Source: an uncultured bacterium (lineage in GTDB: Bacteria > Desulfobacterota_D > UBA1144 > Nemesobacterales > UBA2774). Taken from it: a stretch of 64,000 nucleotides of DNA. The stretch's first letter is position 1; each line of letters opens with the position of its first letter. Shown here in pieces: positions 20,583 through 30,406 of this stretch. The notes below the pieces were generated by a model. The model was not told where the DNA came from. It made no database searches and saw nothing but the letters and a program-made list of their open reading frames with translations. Location of the stretch: assembly GCA_963825135.1 (NCBI GenBank), contig CAWGRW010000009.1, forward strand, positions 576,001 to 640,000. The letters are read 5' to 3'. The position numbers and the translations under genes are program-made.

Positions 20583-21464
20583 ATGAAAAACCTAATACAG
20601 AAGGCAAAAACGCTCGTAGAAGCCCTGCCCTACATAAAGGAGTTCTACGGGCAGACGATAGTCATCAAATACGGCGGGAGCATAGGGGACGACGACCTGC
20701 CCAACTTCGCCCGCGACATCGTGCTAATGAAATTCGTGGGCATACACCCCGTAGTGATTCACGGGGGCGGCCCGCAGATCGGGAATCACCTGAAAAAGCT
20801 GGGGATAGAGTCGAAATTCATCGCCGGGCTCAGGGTGACGGACGAGGAAACCATGGAAGTCGCCGAGATGGTCCTCGTGGGGAAGATCAATCAAAAGATA
20901 ATCGAGACCATACATGCCATGGGCGGAAACGCGGTAGGAACCTCGGGCAAGGAAGGGAAGATGATTCTCGCGAGGAAGCTCGACGTTAAGAAGTTCGCGC
21001 TCGAGAACGGGCTCGACATACCGGAAGACGCCGACCTCGGAATGGTCGGAGAGGTCGAGTGCGTGAACCCTCATCTCATAAAGGTGCTCGAGAGCTCGGG
21101 CTTCATACCGATAATCGCGCCTATCGGATTCGACGAGGAAGGGAAGACCTACAATATCAACGCGGACCACGTGGCCGGCAAGGTCGCGGGCGCCCTGAAA
21201 GCCGCCAAGCTCATACTCATGACCAACGTGCCCGGAATCATGGACAAGGAAAAACACCTCCTCTCGAGTATCACCGAATCCCAGGCGAGACAGCTCATCA
21301 GAAAAGAAATCATTTCGAGCGGCATGATACCCAAGGTAATGTGCTCGATCGAAGCGCTTCACGACGGCGTGCAGAAGGTCCACATCATAGACGGGACAAT
21401 CGAGCACTCGCTGATACTCGAAATATTCACCGATGCGGGGATCGGTACGGAGATACTGCTTTGA
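20583..21464 (+). CDS. argB: Acetylglutamate kinase
   Basis: IVIKYGG, IHGGGPQI, GLRVTD, YNINAD, GMIPK. Confidence 0.97.
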   Translation: MKNLIQKAKTLVEALPYIKEFYGQTIVIKYGGSIGDDDLPNFARDIVLMKFVGIHPVVIHGGGPQIGNHLKKLGIESKFIAGLRVTDEETMEVAEMVLVGKINQKIIETIHAMGGNAVGTSGKEGKMILARKLDVKKFALENGLDIPEDADLGMVGEVECVNPHLIKVLESSGFIPIIAPIGFDEEGKTYNINADHVAGKVAGALKAAKLILMTNVPGIMDKEKHLLSSITESQARQLIRKEIISSGMIPKVMCSIEALHDGVQKVHIIDGTIEHSLILEIFTDAGIGTEILL

Positions 21465-22663
21465 AATCCGGAGAGATCATTTCAGACACCTCGCAATACC
21501 TCATGAACACGTACGGCAGGTACCCGATCGTGATGGTCAGGGGGAAAGGCTGCTGGGTTTGGGACGCAGAAGGGAAAAAATACCTCGATTTCGTAACGGG
21601 TATAGCCGTAAACAGCCTCGGGCACTGCCACCCGAGAGTAGTCCGGGCGATCTCCGAGCAGTCGAGGAAGCTCGTCCAGGTGTGCAACCTCTACCACGTG
21701 GAGAAACAGGTCGAGTTCGCGAGGATGCTCGTCGAGAACTCATTCGCCGACAAGGTTTTCTTCTGCAACAGCGGGGCCGAGGCGAACGAAGGGGCGATAA
21801 AGCTCGCCAGGAAATGGGGCGGGGCCAACGGGGGCAGATATAAAATCGTCCACGCCCGGGACTCGTTCCACGGCAGGACTCTCGGCGCCCTGAGCGCGAC
21901 AAACAAAAAGTACCAGAAGGGATTCGAGCCCCTCGTCCCCGGATTCAAATCCGTACCGTTCGGACAGATAGAGCCTCTGGAAAAAGCCCTCGGCGACGAA
22001 AAGGTCTGCGCGGTAATACTCGAGCCGATCCAGGGGGAGAACGGAGTGATACTCCCTTATGAAAATTTTCTAAAGGACGTGAGAAAGCTTTGCAAGCGTA
22101 AAAACGTGCTCCTCATCCTCGACGAGATACAGGTTGGGCTCGGCAGGACCGGGAAGCTCTTCGCTTACGAGCACTACGGGATAAAACCGGACATCATGAC
22201 TCTGGCCAAGGCGCTCGGGGGCGGAATCCCCTGCGGGGCGGTCCTTGCCACAGATGCGGTCGCGAAACACCTTGCCCCGGGCAATCACGGAACGACGCTC
22301 GGCGGAAACCCTCTCGCGATGAGCGCCGGAATAGCGGTGCTTAAAACGATAATGGAGGACGGTCTCCTCGACAACGCGGAGGGGATGGGAGAATATTTCC
22401 TGAGCGGGCTCCGCTCGATTAAGGACGAGTTCGGAGACCTCATCGGGGACGCAAGGGGAAAAGGTCTCATACTCGGCATCGAATTCAAGAGCGCCGATGC
22501 CGCCAGGGACGCGGTCGTGAGGTGCTCGAACCAGGGACTTCTGACCATACTGACCGAGCAGAGGGTCATGAGAATCCTCCCCCCTCTCATCGTGGGCAAA
22601 AAGGAGATCGACCGGGCGCTTAAAATAATCCGCGGGGCGCTTAAAGAGGTTGCCGTTGCCTAG
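21461..22663 (+). CDS. argD: Acetylornithine aminotransferase
   Basis: NSGAEANE, FHGRT, DEIQ.G.GRTG, LAKALGGG; likely start is the TTG overlapping the argB stop, not 21059. Confidence 0.93.
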   Translation: MKSGEIISDTSQYLMNTYGRYPIVMVRGKGCWVWDAEGKKYLDFVTGIAVNSLGHCHPRVVRAISEQSRKLVQVCNLYHVEKQVEFARMLVENSFADKVFFCNSGAEANEGAIKLARKWGGANGGRYKIVHARDSFHGRTLGALSATNKKYQKGFEPLVPGFKSVPFGQIEPLEKALGDEKVCAVILEPIQGENGVILPYENFLKDVRKLCKRKNVLLILDEIQVGLGRTGKLFAYEHYGIKPDIMTLAKALGGGIPCGAVLATDAVAKHLAPGNHGTTLGGNPLAMSAGIAVLKTIMEDGLLDNAEGMGEYFLSGLRSIKDEFGDLIGDARGKGLILGIEFKSADAARDAVVRCSNQGLLTILTEQRVMRILPPLIVGKKEIDRALKIIRGALKEVAVA

Positions 22664-23570
22664 ACACTTTCTCAGGATATCCGATCTCTCGAAAAAAGAG
22701 CTGGGCTCGCTTTTCAAAAGGGCTTCGAAGCTGAAGGCCGAAAAAAAATCCGGGAGGGTGCGCCCTTCTCTCAAAGGGAAATCGGTCGGGCTCGTTTTCG
22801 AAAAACTCTCGACCAGAACCAGGGTCTCGTTCGAGGTGGCGATAAACGACCTCGGCGCAAACTCGCTCTACCTGAATCCGAACGACCTGCAGCTGGGCAG
22901 GGGGGAAACGATAGCCGACACGGCAAAAATCCTTTCCTCCTACCTGGACGGCGTAATCCTGAGGACCTATGAACAGGAGAGACTCGATGAGTTCGTGAGA
23001 TCGGCCGGCGTGCCGGTGATAAACGCGCTTACGGATCTCGAGCACCCCACGCAAATTGTTTCCGACCTGTTCACTATCAAGGAAATGGGTCTCGATCCCG
23101 GAAAAATGAAACTGGCGTATATCGGCGACGGCAACAATATAGTCAATTCTTTCATCGGGGCGGCCGGCATCCTGGGTTTTAGACTCTCGATCGCGACGCC
23201 CGAGGGGTACGAGCCCGATATGAAGGCGCTCAACGATTCGGGATACCTCAACAAAGCCGACATCGAGATTTCAAACGATCCCGTCAAAGCCGCCTCGCGC
23301 GCGGACGTATTATATACGGACGTCTGGGTCAGCATGGGACAGGAAAAAGATACCGCGAAGAGAAAGAAGATCTTCAAACCTTACCAGATAAACAGAGGGC
23401 TTCTCTCCCACGCTAAAAAAAGTGCGTTCGTAATGCACTGCCTGCCGGCGCACAGGGGAGAGGAAATCACGAACGAAGTAGCGGACGGACCTAACTCGAT
23501 AATATTCGAGCAGGCTGAAAACAAGCTGCACGCAGGCAAAGCCATACTCGAAATGTTCATGAAAGGTTAA
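22650..23570 (+). CDS. argF: Ornithine carbamoyltransferase
   Basis: STRTR, HPTQ, TDVWVSMG, HCLPA; start could be the TTG at 22656. Confidence 0.97.
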   Translation: MPLPRHFLRISDLSKKELGSLFKRASKLKAEKKSGRVRPSLKGKSVGLVFEKLSTRTRVSFEVAINDLGANSLYLNPNDLQLGRGETIADTAKILSSYLDGVILRTYEQERLDEFVRSAGVPVINALTDLEHPTQIVSDLFTIKEMGLDPGKMKLAYIGDGNNIVNSFIGAAGILGFRLSIATPEGYEPDMKALNDSGYLNKADIEISNDPVKAASRADVLYTDVWVSMGQEKDTAKRKKIFKPYQINRGLLSHAKKSAFVMHCLPAHRGEEITNEVADGPNSIIFEQAENKLHAGKAILEMFMKG

Positions 23571-23625
23571 ACTTCCGAGACACGGCCCCGGCCCTGAGAC
23601 CCTCGTTCCCGCGGGTCAACCGAAA

Positions 23626-23898
23626 CTAATAATCCCCGTCTATATCGATCGTCGGATTGTACTCGATATTGAATATCCTTCTTATCGGGTCCGTATTGAA
23701 CACCCAGTAAGTGCCCTTGACGAATACGCTGGTTATAGCGAGGGGCGGTCTTAACGCCAGGCTCGCCAGCTTGAACGGGTGAAGCGCGTCGCCCGGGCTG
23801 TATTTGTAGTCCGTTATCTGCGGAGCCTGCGCCCAGGAGTTTGATGCGAAAAGCGCGAAACCGAGGAGTAAAGCCGCAAAATATTTCATGTCCATCAC
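23626..23898 (-). CDS. Small exported hypothetical protein
   Basis: Signal peptide (..SNSWA-Q); own near-consensus promoter. Confidence 0.7.
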   Translation of the reverse strand: MMDMKYFAALLLGFALFASNSWAQAPQITDYKYSPGDALHPFKLASLALRPPLAITSVFVKGTYWVFNTDPIRRIFNIEYNPTIDIDGDY

Positions 23899-23931
23899 CC
23901 CTTTAAAGTAAAGTGTTAACTAATATTGGCA

Positions 23932-23960
23932 ATTATAAGTTCTGTGCCCTGAATAGTCAA
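23932..23960 (-). promoter_or_regulatory. sigma70-type promoter of the small exported protein
   Basis: TTGACT-17 nt-TATAAT. Confidence 0.7.
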
Positions 23961-24097
23961 TGGGCGCAATTCGCGGCTTCCAATCGGTTAAATTGCATAC
24001 TTAAAGCGGGGACTTAGAATGTATCGTTTGTCTAATCCGACCTGCCTCCCGAAAAAGTGATTTTTGCTTGCGGGGGCGTGTATAATATGTTGGTTAC

Positions 24098-24126
24098 TTG
24101 AAAATGAACCGTAAAATTTATAGAAT
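24098..24126 (+). promoter_or_regulatory. sigma70-type promoter of the ClpX-like/rimO operon
   Basis: TTGAAA-17 nt-TAGAAT. Confidence 0.65.
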
Positions 24127-24151
24127 AGTATTTTCCGAGGCCGGATAACCG

Positions 24152-25270
24152 ATGAGAAGAGGAGAAAAGGTCTATTACGTAAAAGATTTCATTCAGACCG
24201 TCCCCCTACCCTCGCCTAAAAAGATATTCAGTGAGCTCGAGAAACTCGGCTACAGGGGCCAGCCGCAGGCCAGGAAAGCCGTATCGCTCGCCTCGTACAG
24301 GCATGTCAAGAGACTAAAGCTCCTCCACTCCAAGGGCACACCGAGGACTAATCTTCCTCCCAGACCGAACACCATATTGATGGGGCCCACGGGCTGCGGC
24401 AAAACATATCTCATCGAGCTTCTCTTCGGAGAGATATTCAAGCTCCCGTTCGTCATCATAGACATGACCAAATTCACGGAGTCGGGATATGTCGGGGATG
24501 ACGTCGTCAATATTCTGGTGCAGCTCGTCTATGCGGCCAACGAGAGCATAGACATCGCCGAGTGCGGCGTTATCGTGCTGGACGAGTTCGATAAGATAGC
24601 GGGCGCCTTCAGCAGCGCCAGGTTCGCCGGACAGGGCACGACTAAAGACGTCTCAGGGTACGGGGTCCAGAGGGAGCTCCTTAAGATCCTCGAAGGCACG
24701 GACGTTCAGATACCGCTCGACTTCGGGTTCTCCAGCCGCGGGCCGCGCGCGCTCATTTCCACGCGGGACATCACGTTCTTCTCCGTCGGGGCATTCTCGG
24801 GAATAAGAAACCTGTTCGAAAGACAGGGGGTCGGATTTATGCAGACGCTCGAGGAAAACAGAGGCGACGAAGAATCGATTGCGTACAACCTCACCGACGA
24901 GGAAGCCGACGACATCACCAAGTTTCATATGTTCGGATTCCTTCCCGAGCTTATTTCGAGGTTCAACCGCATCGTCCCGTTCTCTCCGCTCCAGAGGAGC
25001 ACGCTTAAGGAAATCATCCAGATAAAGGTGCTGAACTATCAGAGGGAGTTCGAGGAAGAGGGGTTCAAGCTCCATATCGAGCCCAAGGTCGTGGACTTTA
25101 TAATCGAGGAAGCGCTCAAGAGACAGACGGGCGCGAGGGGCCTCGACGTCATCATATCGAGATACCTGGAAGAGGTCGCTTTCGAGACGTTCGGAAGGGG
25201 CGACGAAGGCGAGGTCGTGCTTACGCTCGATACGGGCGGGGTTTCGCACGTAGTGAAGAGACGCGCATGA
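24152..25270 (+). CDS. ClpX-like AAA+ ATPase lacking the N-terminal C4 zinc-binding domain
   Basis: GPTGCGKT, GYVG pore loop, LDEFDKI, DVSG.GVQ..LLK.LEG, VGF loop, TGARGL. Confidence 0.85.
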   Translation: MRRGEKVYYVKDFIQTVPLPSPKKIFSELEKLGYRGQPQARKAVSLASYRHVKRLKLLHSKGTPRTNLPPRPNTILMGPTGCGKTYLIELLFGEIFKLPFVIIDMTKFTESGYVGDDVVNILVQLVYAANESIDIAECGVIVLDEFDKIAGAFSSARFAGQGTTKDVSGYGVQRELLKILEGTDVQIPLDFGFSSRGPRALISTRDITFFSVGAFSGIRNLFERQGVGFMQTLEENRGDEESIAYNLTDEEADDITKFHMFGFLPELISRFNRIVPFSPLQRSTLKEIIQIKVLNYQREFEEEGFKLHIEPKVVDFIIEEALKRQTGARGLDVIISRYLEEVAFETFGRGDEGEVVLTLDTGGVSHVVKRRA

Positions 25271-26586
25271 GGATTTCGATCGTAAGCTTGGGCTGCTCGA
25301 AAAACCTCGTGGACAGCGAGATCATCACGGGGACGCTGGAGAGCGCCGGACACGAGATCTCGTCCGAAGAAAACGCCGAAGTAATAATCGTAAACACCTG
25401 CGGCTTCATAGGCGACGCGAAGAAGGAATCCGTAGACACCATACTGGAGCTCTCGAAAAGGAAGGAAGAGGGGACATGCCGCAAATTGATCGTCACCGGC
25501 TGCCTCGTCGAGAGGTATGCCGCGGAGCTGAGCCTCGCACTGCCCGAAGTAGACGCATTCTGGGGCACGGGAAACCTGCTTAAGATCAATGAGGCCCTGA
25601 ATGACCTCCAGCCCGAAAAGATACACAGAAACCCTCCGGGGACGCTCTACGACCCGGATACCCCGAGGGTCCTGCTGACGCCCGCGCACTACGCGTACGT
25701 TAAAGTGTCCGAGGGCTGCTCGAGGACCTGCTCGTTCTGCATAATCCCGAAAATGCGGGGCATAATGAAAAGCAGGCCCGTCGAATCCATAGCCGGGGAG
25801 GTCGGCGGGCTGGCCGAAAGGGGGGTGAGGGAGATAAACCTCATAGCCCAGGACATGACGAGCTACGGAAGGGACATAGGGACGAGCCTCGAGGACATGC
25901 TGAGGGCCCTCGTCAAGGTCGACGATATAAAATGGATCAGGATCCATTACTGCTACCCGTGGGGGCTTACGGATTCCCTCATCGGGCTCATAGCGGACGA
26001 AGAGAAGATACTCCCCTACATCGATATGCCGCTTCAGCACATAAGTGACCGGATACTCGGCCTAATGGACAGGAAAACCTCGGCCAAACGGATACGGGAG
26101 ATCATTCACAGGCTGAGAGGCCGTATCGATGACCTGACGCTCCGCACTACCTTCATAGTCGGGTTCCCCGGAGAGACGGAAGAGGAATTCGAAGAGCTCC
26201 TCGATTTCGTCGGGGAAACAGGGTTCGACAGGGCGGGCGCGTTCAAATACTCGCAGGAAGAAGGCACCCCTGCCGGAGTCATGGGGGATCAGGTACCGGA
26301 CGAGGTTAAAGAGGAAAGATACGATAGGCTTATGCAGGTACAGTCCGTAGTCTCGCTCAGGAAGAACGAATCCCTGATAGGCTCGATACACGAAGGTTTC
26401 ATCGAGGGGAGCGAGAACGGAAGTTATATAGCGAGAATCCCGTCGCAGGCCCCCGAAGTGGACGGACATACGTACATCAAAAGAACCGCGGCCTTAAAGA
26501 AGGGAGACATGGTAAGAATTAAAATCACCGACGCCGATATTTACGACCTTTACGGGGAAATAGCCTCTCAACAAACAACCGAATAA
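25267..26586 (+). CDS. rimO: Ribosomal protein S12 methylthiotransferase
   Basis: SLGCSKNLVDSE, NTCGFI, CSRTCSFC, APEVDG, TRAM tail. Confidence 0.95.
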   Translation: MRISIVSLGCSKNLVDSEIITGTLESAGHEISSEENAEVIIVNTCGFIGDAKKESVDTILELSKRKEEGTCRKLIVTGCLVERYAAELSLALPEVDAFWGTGNLLKINEALNDLQPEKIHRNPPGTLYDPDTPRVLLTPAHYAYVKVSEGCSRTCSFCIIPKMRGIMKSRPVESIAGEVGGLAERGVREINLIAQDMTSYGRDIGTSLEDMLRALVKVDDIKWIRIHYCYPWGLTDSLIGLIADEEKILPYIDMPLQHISDRILGLMDRKTSAKRIREIIHRLRGRIDDLTLRTTFIVGFPGETEEEFEELLDFVGETGFDRAGAFKYSQEEGTPAGVMGDQVPDEVKEERYDRLMQVQSVVSLRKNESLIGSIHEGFIEGSENGSYIARIPSQAPEVDGHTYIKRTAALKKGDMVRIKITDADIYDLYGEIASQQTTE

Positions 26587-26589
26587 CCG

Positions 26590-27792
26590 CTACGCAGCAT
26601 CGTTGCGGGAGAACATCTGTCTTATTCCGTATGTTGTCGTCCTCTCGGCCGGTATCCGGCCTATCTCCCATGTGAGGCGCCTGAACTCCTCCGGAGGGAA
26701 GTACTGCCCGTAGCTAGCGCCCGCTGAGCGCGATATCTGCTCCTCCATGAGAGTGCCGCCGAAATCGTTGGCCCCCGCCGTGAGCGAGAACTGCGCGAAT
26801 TCGGGGCCCTGCTTGACCCAGGAGACCTGTATGTTGTTTATCCACCCCCGGAGCATGAGCCTCGACACCCCGTACATCTTTAACTGGTTGAGATCCCCCG
26901 GCCCCTCCTGCACCTTGCCCTTGGAGTGCCTGTAGAGGCGCGTGTTCCAGGGTATGAACCTGAGCGGCACGAACTCCGTGAACCCGCCCGTCTCTTTCTG
27001 GATGTCCCTTAATATTCCTATGTGCTCGGCCCAGTGGTGGGGCTTGTCCACGTGGCCGTACATTATTGTGGAAGTCGTACGCATCCCGGCTTTGTGCGCT
27101 TTCTTGACTATCCTTATCCACGCCTCGGTGGGCATCTTCCGAGGGGCGATTATTTTTCTTACCTCTTCGACAAGTATCTCCGCGGCCGTACCGGGAAACG
27201 TGTTGTGGCCGACGTCTTTAAGCCTGTCGATGAAGTCCTCTTCGCTTATTCCCAATGTTTCCGCGCCGTAATAAATCTCGAACGGGGAAAAAGCGTGAGT
27301 ATGCATTTCGGGGACGGCCCTTTTAACGGCCTTTATAAGCTCTATATAGAAATTCCCGTCTATATCGGGATGCATCCCGCCCTGCATGCAGACCTCCGTA
27401 GCCCCTATATCCCAGGCCTCCTTTACCTTGTCCGCTATCTCGTCCATGGACAGGAAATACGCCCTCTCGTCCCCCTCGGGGGCCATAAAGTTGCAAAATC
27501 CGCAATAGGTGTTGCATATATTCGTAAAGTTGATGTTCCTGTTGACGACGTACGTAACCACGTCGCCCACGTCCTCGCGCCTGATCTCGTCGGCCGCAAT
27601 CGCGAGCGCTGACAGCTCGTCGGGATCGGTGATGTTAAAAAGGTCCTCCGCGTCCCCGACCGAAATCTCCTCGCCGGAGAGCGCCTTATTCAGTATCCTG
27701 CCCGTCGTTCCGTTGACCTTCCCTAAAACGCCGTCGAGCCCAAGGCTCCTGTTCTCTTCAATCCGTTCGACTGCCTCTTTAATATGCTCCAT
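26590..27792 (-). CDS. cofH: FO synthase subunit CofH
   Basis: VVNRNINFTNIC..CGFC, PGTAAEIL, NIQVSWVK, ANDFGGTLMEE; start set at MEHIK (GGAGG SD); directly follows cofG. Confidence 0.9.
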   Translation of the reverse strand: MEHIKEAVERIEENRSLGLDGVLGKVNGTTGRILNKALSGEEISVGDAEDLFNITDPDELSALAIAADEIRREDVGDVVTYVVNRNINFTNICNTYCGFCNFMAPEGDERAYFLSMDEIADKVKEAWDIGATEVCMQGGMHPDIDGNFYIELIKAVKRAVPEMHTHAFSPFEIYYGAETLGISEEDFIDRLKDVGHNTFPGTAAEILVEEVRKIIAPRKMPTEAWIRIVKKAHKAGMRTTSTIMYGHVDKPHHWAEHIGILRDIQKETGGFTEFVPLRFIPWNTRLYRHSKGKVQEGPGDLNQLKMYGVSRLMLRGWINNIQVSWVKQGPEFAQFSLTAGANDFGGTLMEEQISRSAGASYGQYFPPEEFRRLTWEIGRIPAERTTTYGIRQMFSRNDAA

Positions 27793-29059
27793 CGGATGCC
27801 TCCTCAAGCGGAACGTAACCCTGCTCGTCAACAGCACCCCTGACCAGACCGAGCAGATCGTCGTTGATGTATTTACCGTCTATGAATTCCGGATACACGG
27901 GGAGTCTCTCCCTGAGCGTAAAACCTATATCCTCTATAATGTTTCGCATTCTTTCGAGCTTCGGCCACGGGGCTTCGGGGTTTACGTAATCTATCGTGAT
28001 CGGGGAGACGCCGCCCAGGTCGTTGACCCCCGCGTGAACAAACAGGGGATAAGTTTCGGGGTTGAGGTTAGGCGGAATCTGTATGTTCATCCCCTCGCCG
28101 AAGATGAGCCTGGATATGGCCACAATCTTGAGCATATCTATAAAATCGGGCGGAGGGTACTTCTCCATGGTTATTCCCTGTTTGGGACTGAAATTCTGAA
28201 TGATTATTTCCTGGATGTGTCCGAACCTGTCGTTGAGCTCCTTTAAAGCGAAGATGGAGTCTATCCGCTCCTCCCAGGTCTCGCCTATTCCGACGAGTAT
28301 CCCGGAGGTCCATGGAATCCGAAGCTCCCCTGCTATCTCCATCGTCTTCATCCTGTGCGCGGGCACCTTGTCCGGGCATCCATGGTGGGCCTCCCCCTTT
28401 TTCAGGAGCCTCGGGCTGATGTTCTCGAGCATAAGGCCCATGCTAGGGTTCGTTTCCCTGAATGCTTGAAGCTCGTCCCTCGTGGCGAGCCCCAGGTTGG
28501 TATGAGGGAAGATACGCTCCCTTAACCCCGCCTCGCCCATGGCTATAAGATACTCGGCCGTGCTCTTATATCCGAGCCTGCCGAGCGCCTCACGGTATTC
28601 CGGGTAAAGCAGCTCGGGCTTGTCCCCGGTCACGAAGAGGAGCTCCGTACAGCCGAGCTCCGCCCCTTTTCTGGCCATATCTATAACTTCCTCGGGCGCC
28701 ATAAAAAGAGGGCCCTCTCCGGGCTCGTATTTAAAAGTACAGTATCCGCAGCGGTTACGGCAGAGTTGCGTAAGCGGTATGAACACGTTTCTCGAAAATG
28801 TCAGAGTCCTGCCCTTCCCCCTGTCCCTGATCTTCGAAGCCGATAGGAGTATAGACGGTATATCGTCCCTCCCGGCCCCGGACAGTAAAACCGCCTCATC
28901 CCTGCTCGGAGACTCGCCGTTTTCGGCCTTCGAGAGCGTATCTCCGATTTCCCCGGAGCTACCCCCTACAGGCCCGGAGACGCCGCCCAGTATCCCGAAA
29001 AGATAGTCCGCCGCTCCCTTCCCGGCATCAGTATCCGATTTATTATAAAGAGAGGCCAT
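27779..29059 (-). CDS. cofG: FO synthase subunit CofG
   Basis: NVFIPLT.LCRNRCGYC, SMGLMLE, HIQEIIIQNF, IQIPPNL, D.GGVSP.T.DYVNPE.PWP. Confidence 0.93.
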   Translation of the reverse strand: MASLYNKSDTDAGKGAADYLFGILGGVSGPVGGSSGEIGDTLSKAENGESPSRDEAVLLSGAGRDDIPSILLSASKIRDRGKGRTLTFSRNVFIPLTQLCRNRCGYCTFKYEPGEGPLFMAPEEVIDMARKGAELGCTELLFVTGDKPELLYPEYREALGRLGYKSTAEYLIAMGEAGLRERIFPHTNLGLATRDELQAFRETNPSMGLMLENISPRLLKKGEAHHGCPDKVPAHRMKTMEIAGELRIPWTSGILVGIGETWEERIDSIFALKELNDRFGHIQEIIIQNFSPKQGITMEKYPPPDFIDMLKIVAISRLIFGEGMNIQIPPNLNPETYPLFVHAGVNDLGGVSPITIDYVNPEAPWPKLERMRNIIEDIGFTLRERLPVYPEFIDGKYINDDLLGLVRGAVDEQGYVPLEEASDGAY

Positions 29060-29203
29060 ATTTCTCCCGATTATATATTCATACCAGATATTTATTTAGA
29101 TTAAAGCCCCGGCGAAACGATGCCGGCAACGGATATCACCCCGGATTGGCCTATTAATCATTGCATAAAGAGGTAAAACTTGTCAAGGAGAACCGGCCGC
29201 GGG

Positions 29204-30130
29204 TCAGATCTCGGCGAGTACGGCGGAGGCCAGTCGGGCCGCCTTTTTTTGGTCAGACATGAGTGTATCGAGGACGACGGGCTTAATACCCATTTCCCTG
29301 ATCGCGTCCGCTTCCCGGGCGTCTTCCCTGTCGATAACCATGACGTCGAGGAAGTCCCGGTAGAGCCTCGCTACTCCCGCTGACGAAACCTCCAGCCCCA
29401 ATCCCCGCATCAGCTTATCGGCGGGCCCCTTGAGCGGCACCCCGCCTATGAGGGGGCTTATGGCTATAATCCTCGGCCCCTTACCCCGGAGCGCTTCTCC
29501 TATGCCCTTTACATTGAGTATCGGGCCTATGCTTATTATGGGGTTGCTCGGGCAGATAATGACCGCGTCCGCTTTCGCGATCGCTTCGATTACTCCGGGC
29601 GCCGGCCTGGCTTTCTCGATATTCCTGAATACCACTTTAAGCACATCGGGCTTCATTCTCCGCTTGACAAAATATTCCTGGAAATGCATCTCGCCCTCGC
29701 CGGTTACGATCCACGTCTCGACATCCTCGTCCGTCATGGGAAGGACCTTTATACTTTCTTTTATGCCGAAGGCCCTGGCTATGTCCGCCGTGATTTGCGT
29801 GGGGGTCAAGCCCCTCTGTCTCGATTGAGTCCTGTAAATGTGGGTCGCGAAATCTATATCCCCAATATTGAACCAGGTCTCGGAGCCGAATCTGGCGAGA
29901 GCAGAAAGGCAGGTGAAAGTATCGCCCCCTACGCCCCACCCCTTGCTCTTGTCTATAACGCCTGAAAGCCTGTATATAATGGTATCTACGTCCGGGGAGA
30001 TCCTTAAACCGTGCAAAATTATGTCGTCTCCGGTGTTTACGACGACTGACAGCGCCTCTCCGCCGATTACCTCGGATAGTCCTTCCAGGAATTTAGCGGC
30101 ACCGACGCCTCCGCCTAAGGCAGTGATCAT
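29204..30130 (-). CDS. cofD: 2-phospho-L-lactate / PEP transferase CofD (FbiA)
   Basis: GGGVGAAKF, VNTGDD, WF.IGD.D.ATH, HFQEYFV, PSNP..SIGPIL, KGPADKLM. Confidence 0.94.
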   Translation of the reverse strand: MITALGGGVGAAKFLEGLSEVIGGEALSVVVNTGDDIILHGLRISPDVDTIIYRLSGVIDKSKGWGVGGDTFTCLSALARFGSETWFNIGDIDFATHIYRTQSRQRGLTPTQITADIARAFGIKESIKVLPMTDEDVETWIVTGEGEMHFQEYFVKRRMKPDVLKVVFRNIEKARPAPGVIEAIAKADAVIICPSNPIISIGPILNVKGIGEALRGKGPRIIAISPLIGGVPLKGPADKLMRGLGLEVSSAGVARLYRDFLDVMVIDREDAREADAIREMGIKPVVLDTLMSDQKKAARLASAVLAEI

Positions 30131-30406
30131 TGGGATGAACCTTCAAGAAAAGCGAGCATCAAAAATCGCTTGTTGATATTACGACTCCGCGTTTAAGAAG
30201 GGTCTAAGAATATTTGAGCGCTCCCCGCCTGTCAAGTCAGCCGACCGGCCCTTACCCGGATTAGCCGTTCAGATTAGCCGCCTCCCTCCGTTAAACAACA
30301 TAATTTTCAAGCATATATGTGGTGTCCGGCCTCAGGATTGTTGAAACTAAGCGGGAAGTGATATAGATTTTGATAAGAATTCAGCATACAAGGGGAATAT
30401 GATCAT

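Noticed and set aside
21059..21460. 134-aa N-terminal extension of argD in the ORF track
   Set aside because: Lies inside argB in another frame; the coupled TTG at 21461 with an SD gives a normal ArgD.
25039..26040. Long antisense ORFs (also 60701-61603, 38747-39559, 11680-12489 and others)
   Set aside because: Mirror frames of well-supported genes; no independent motifs.
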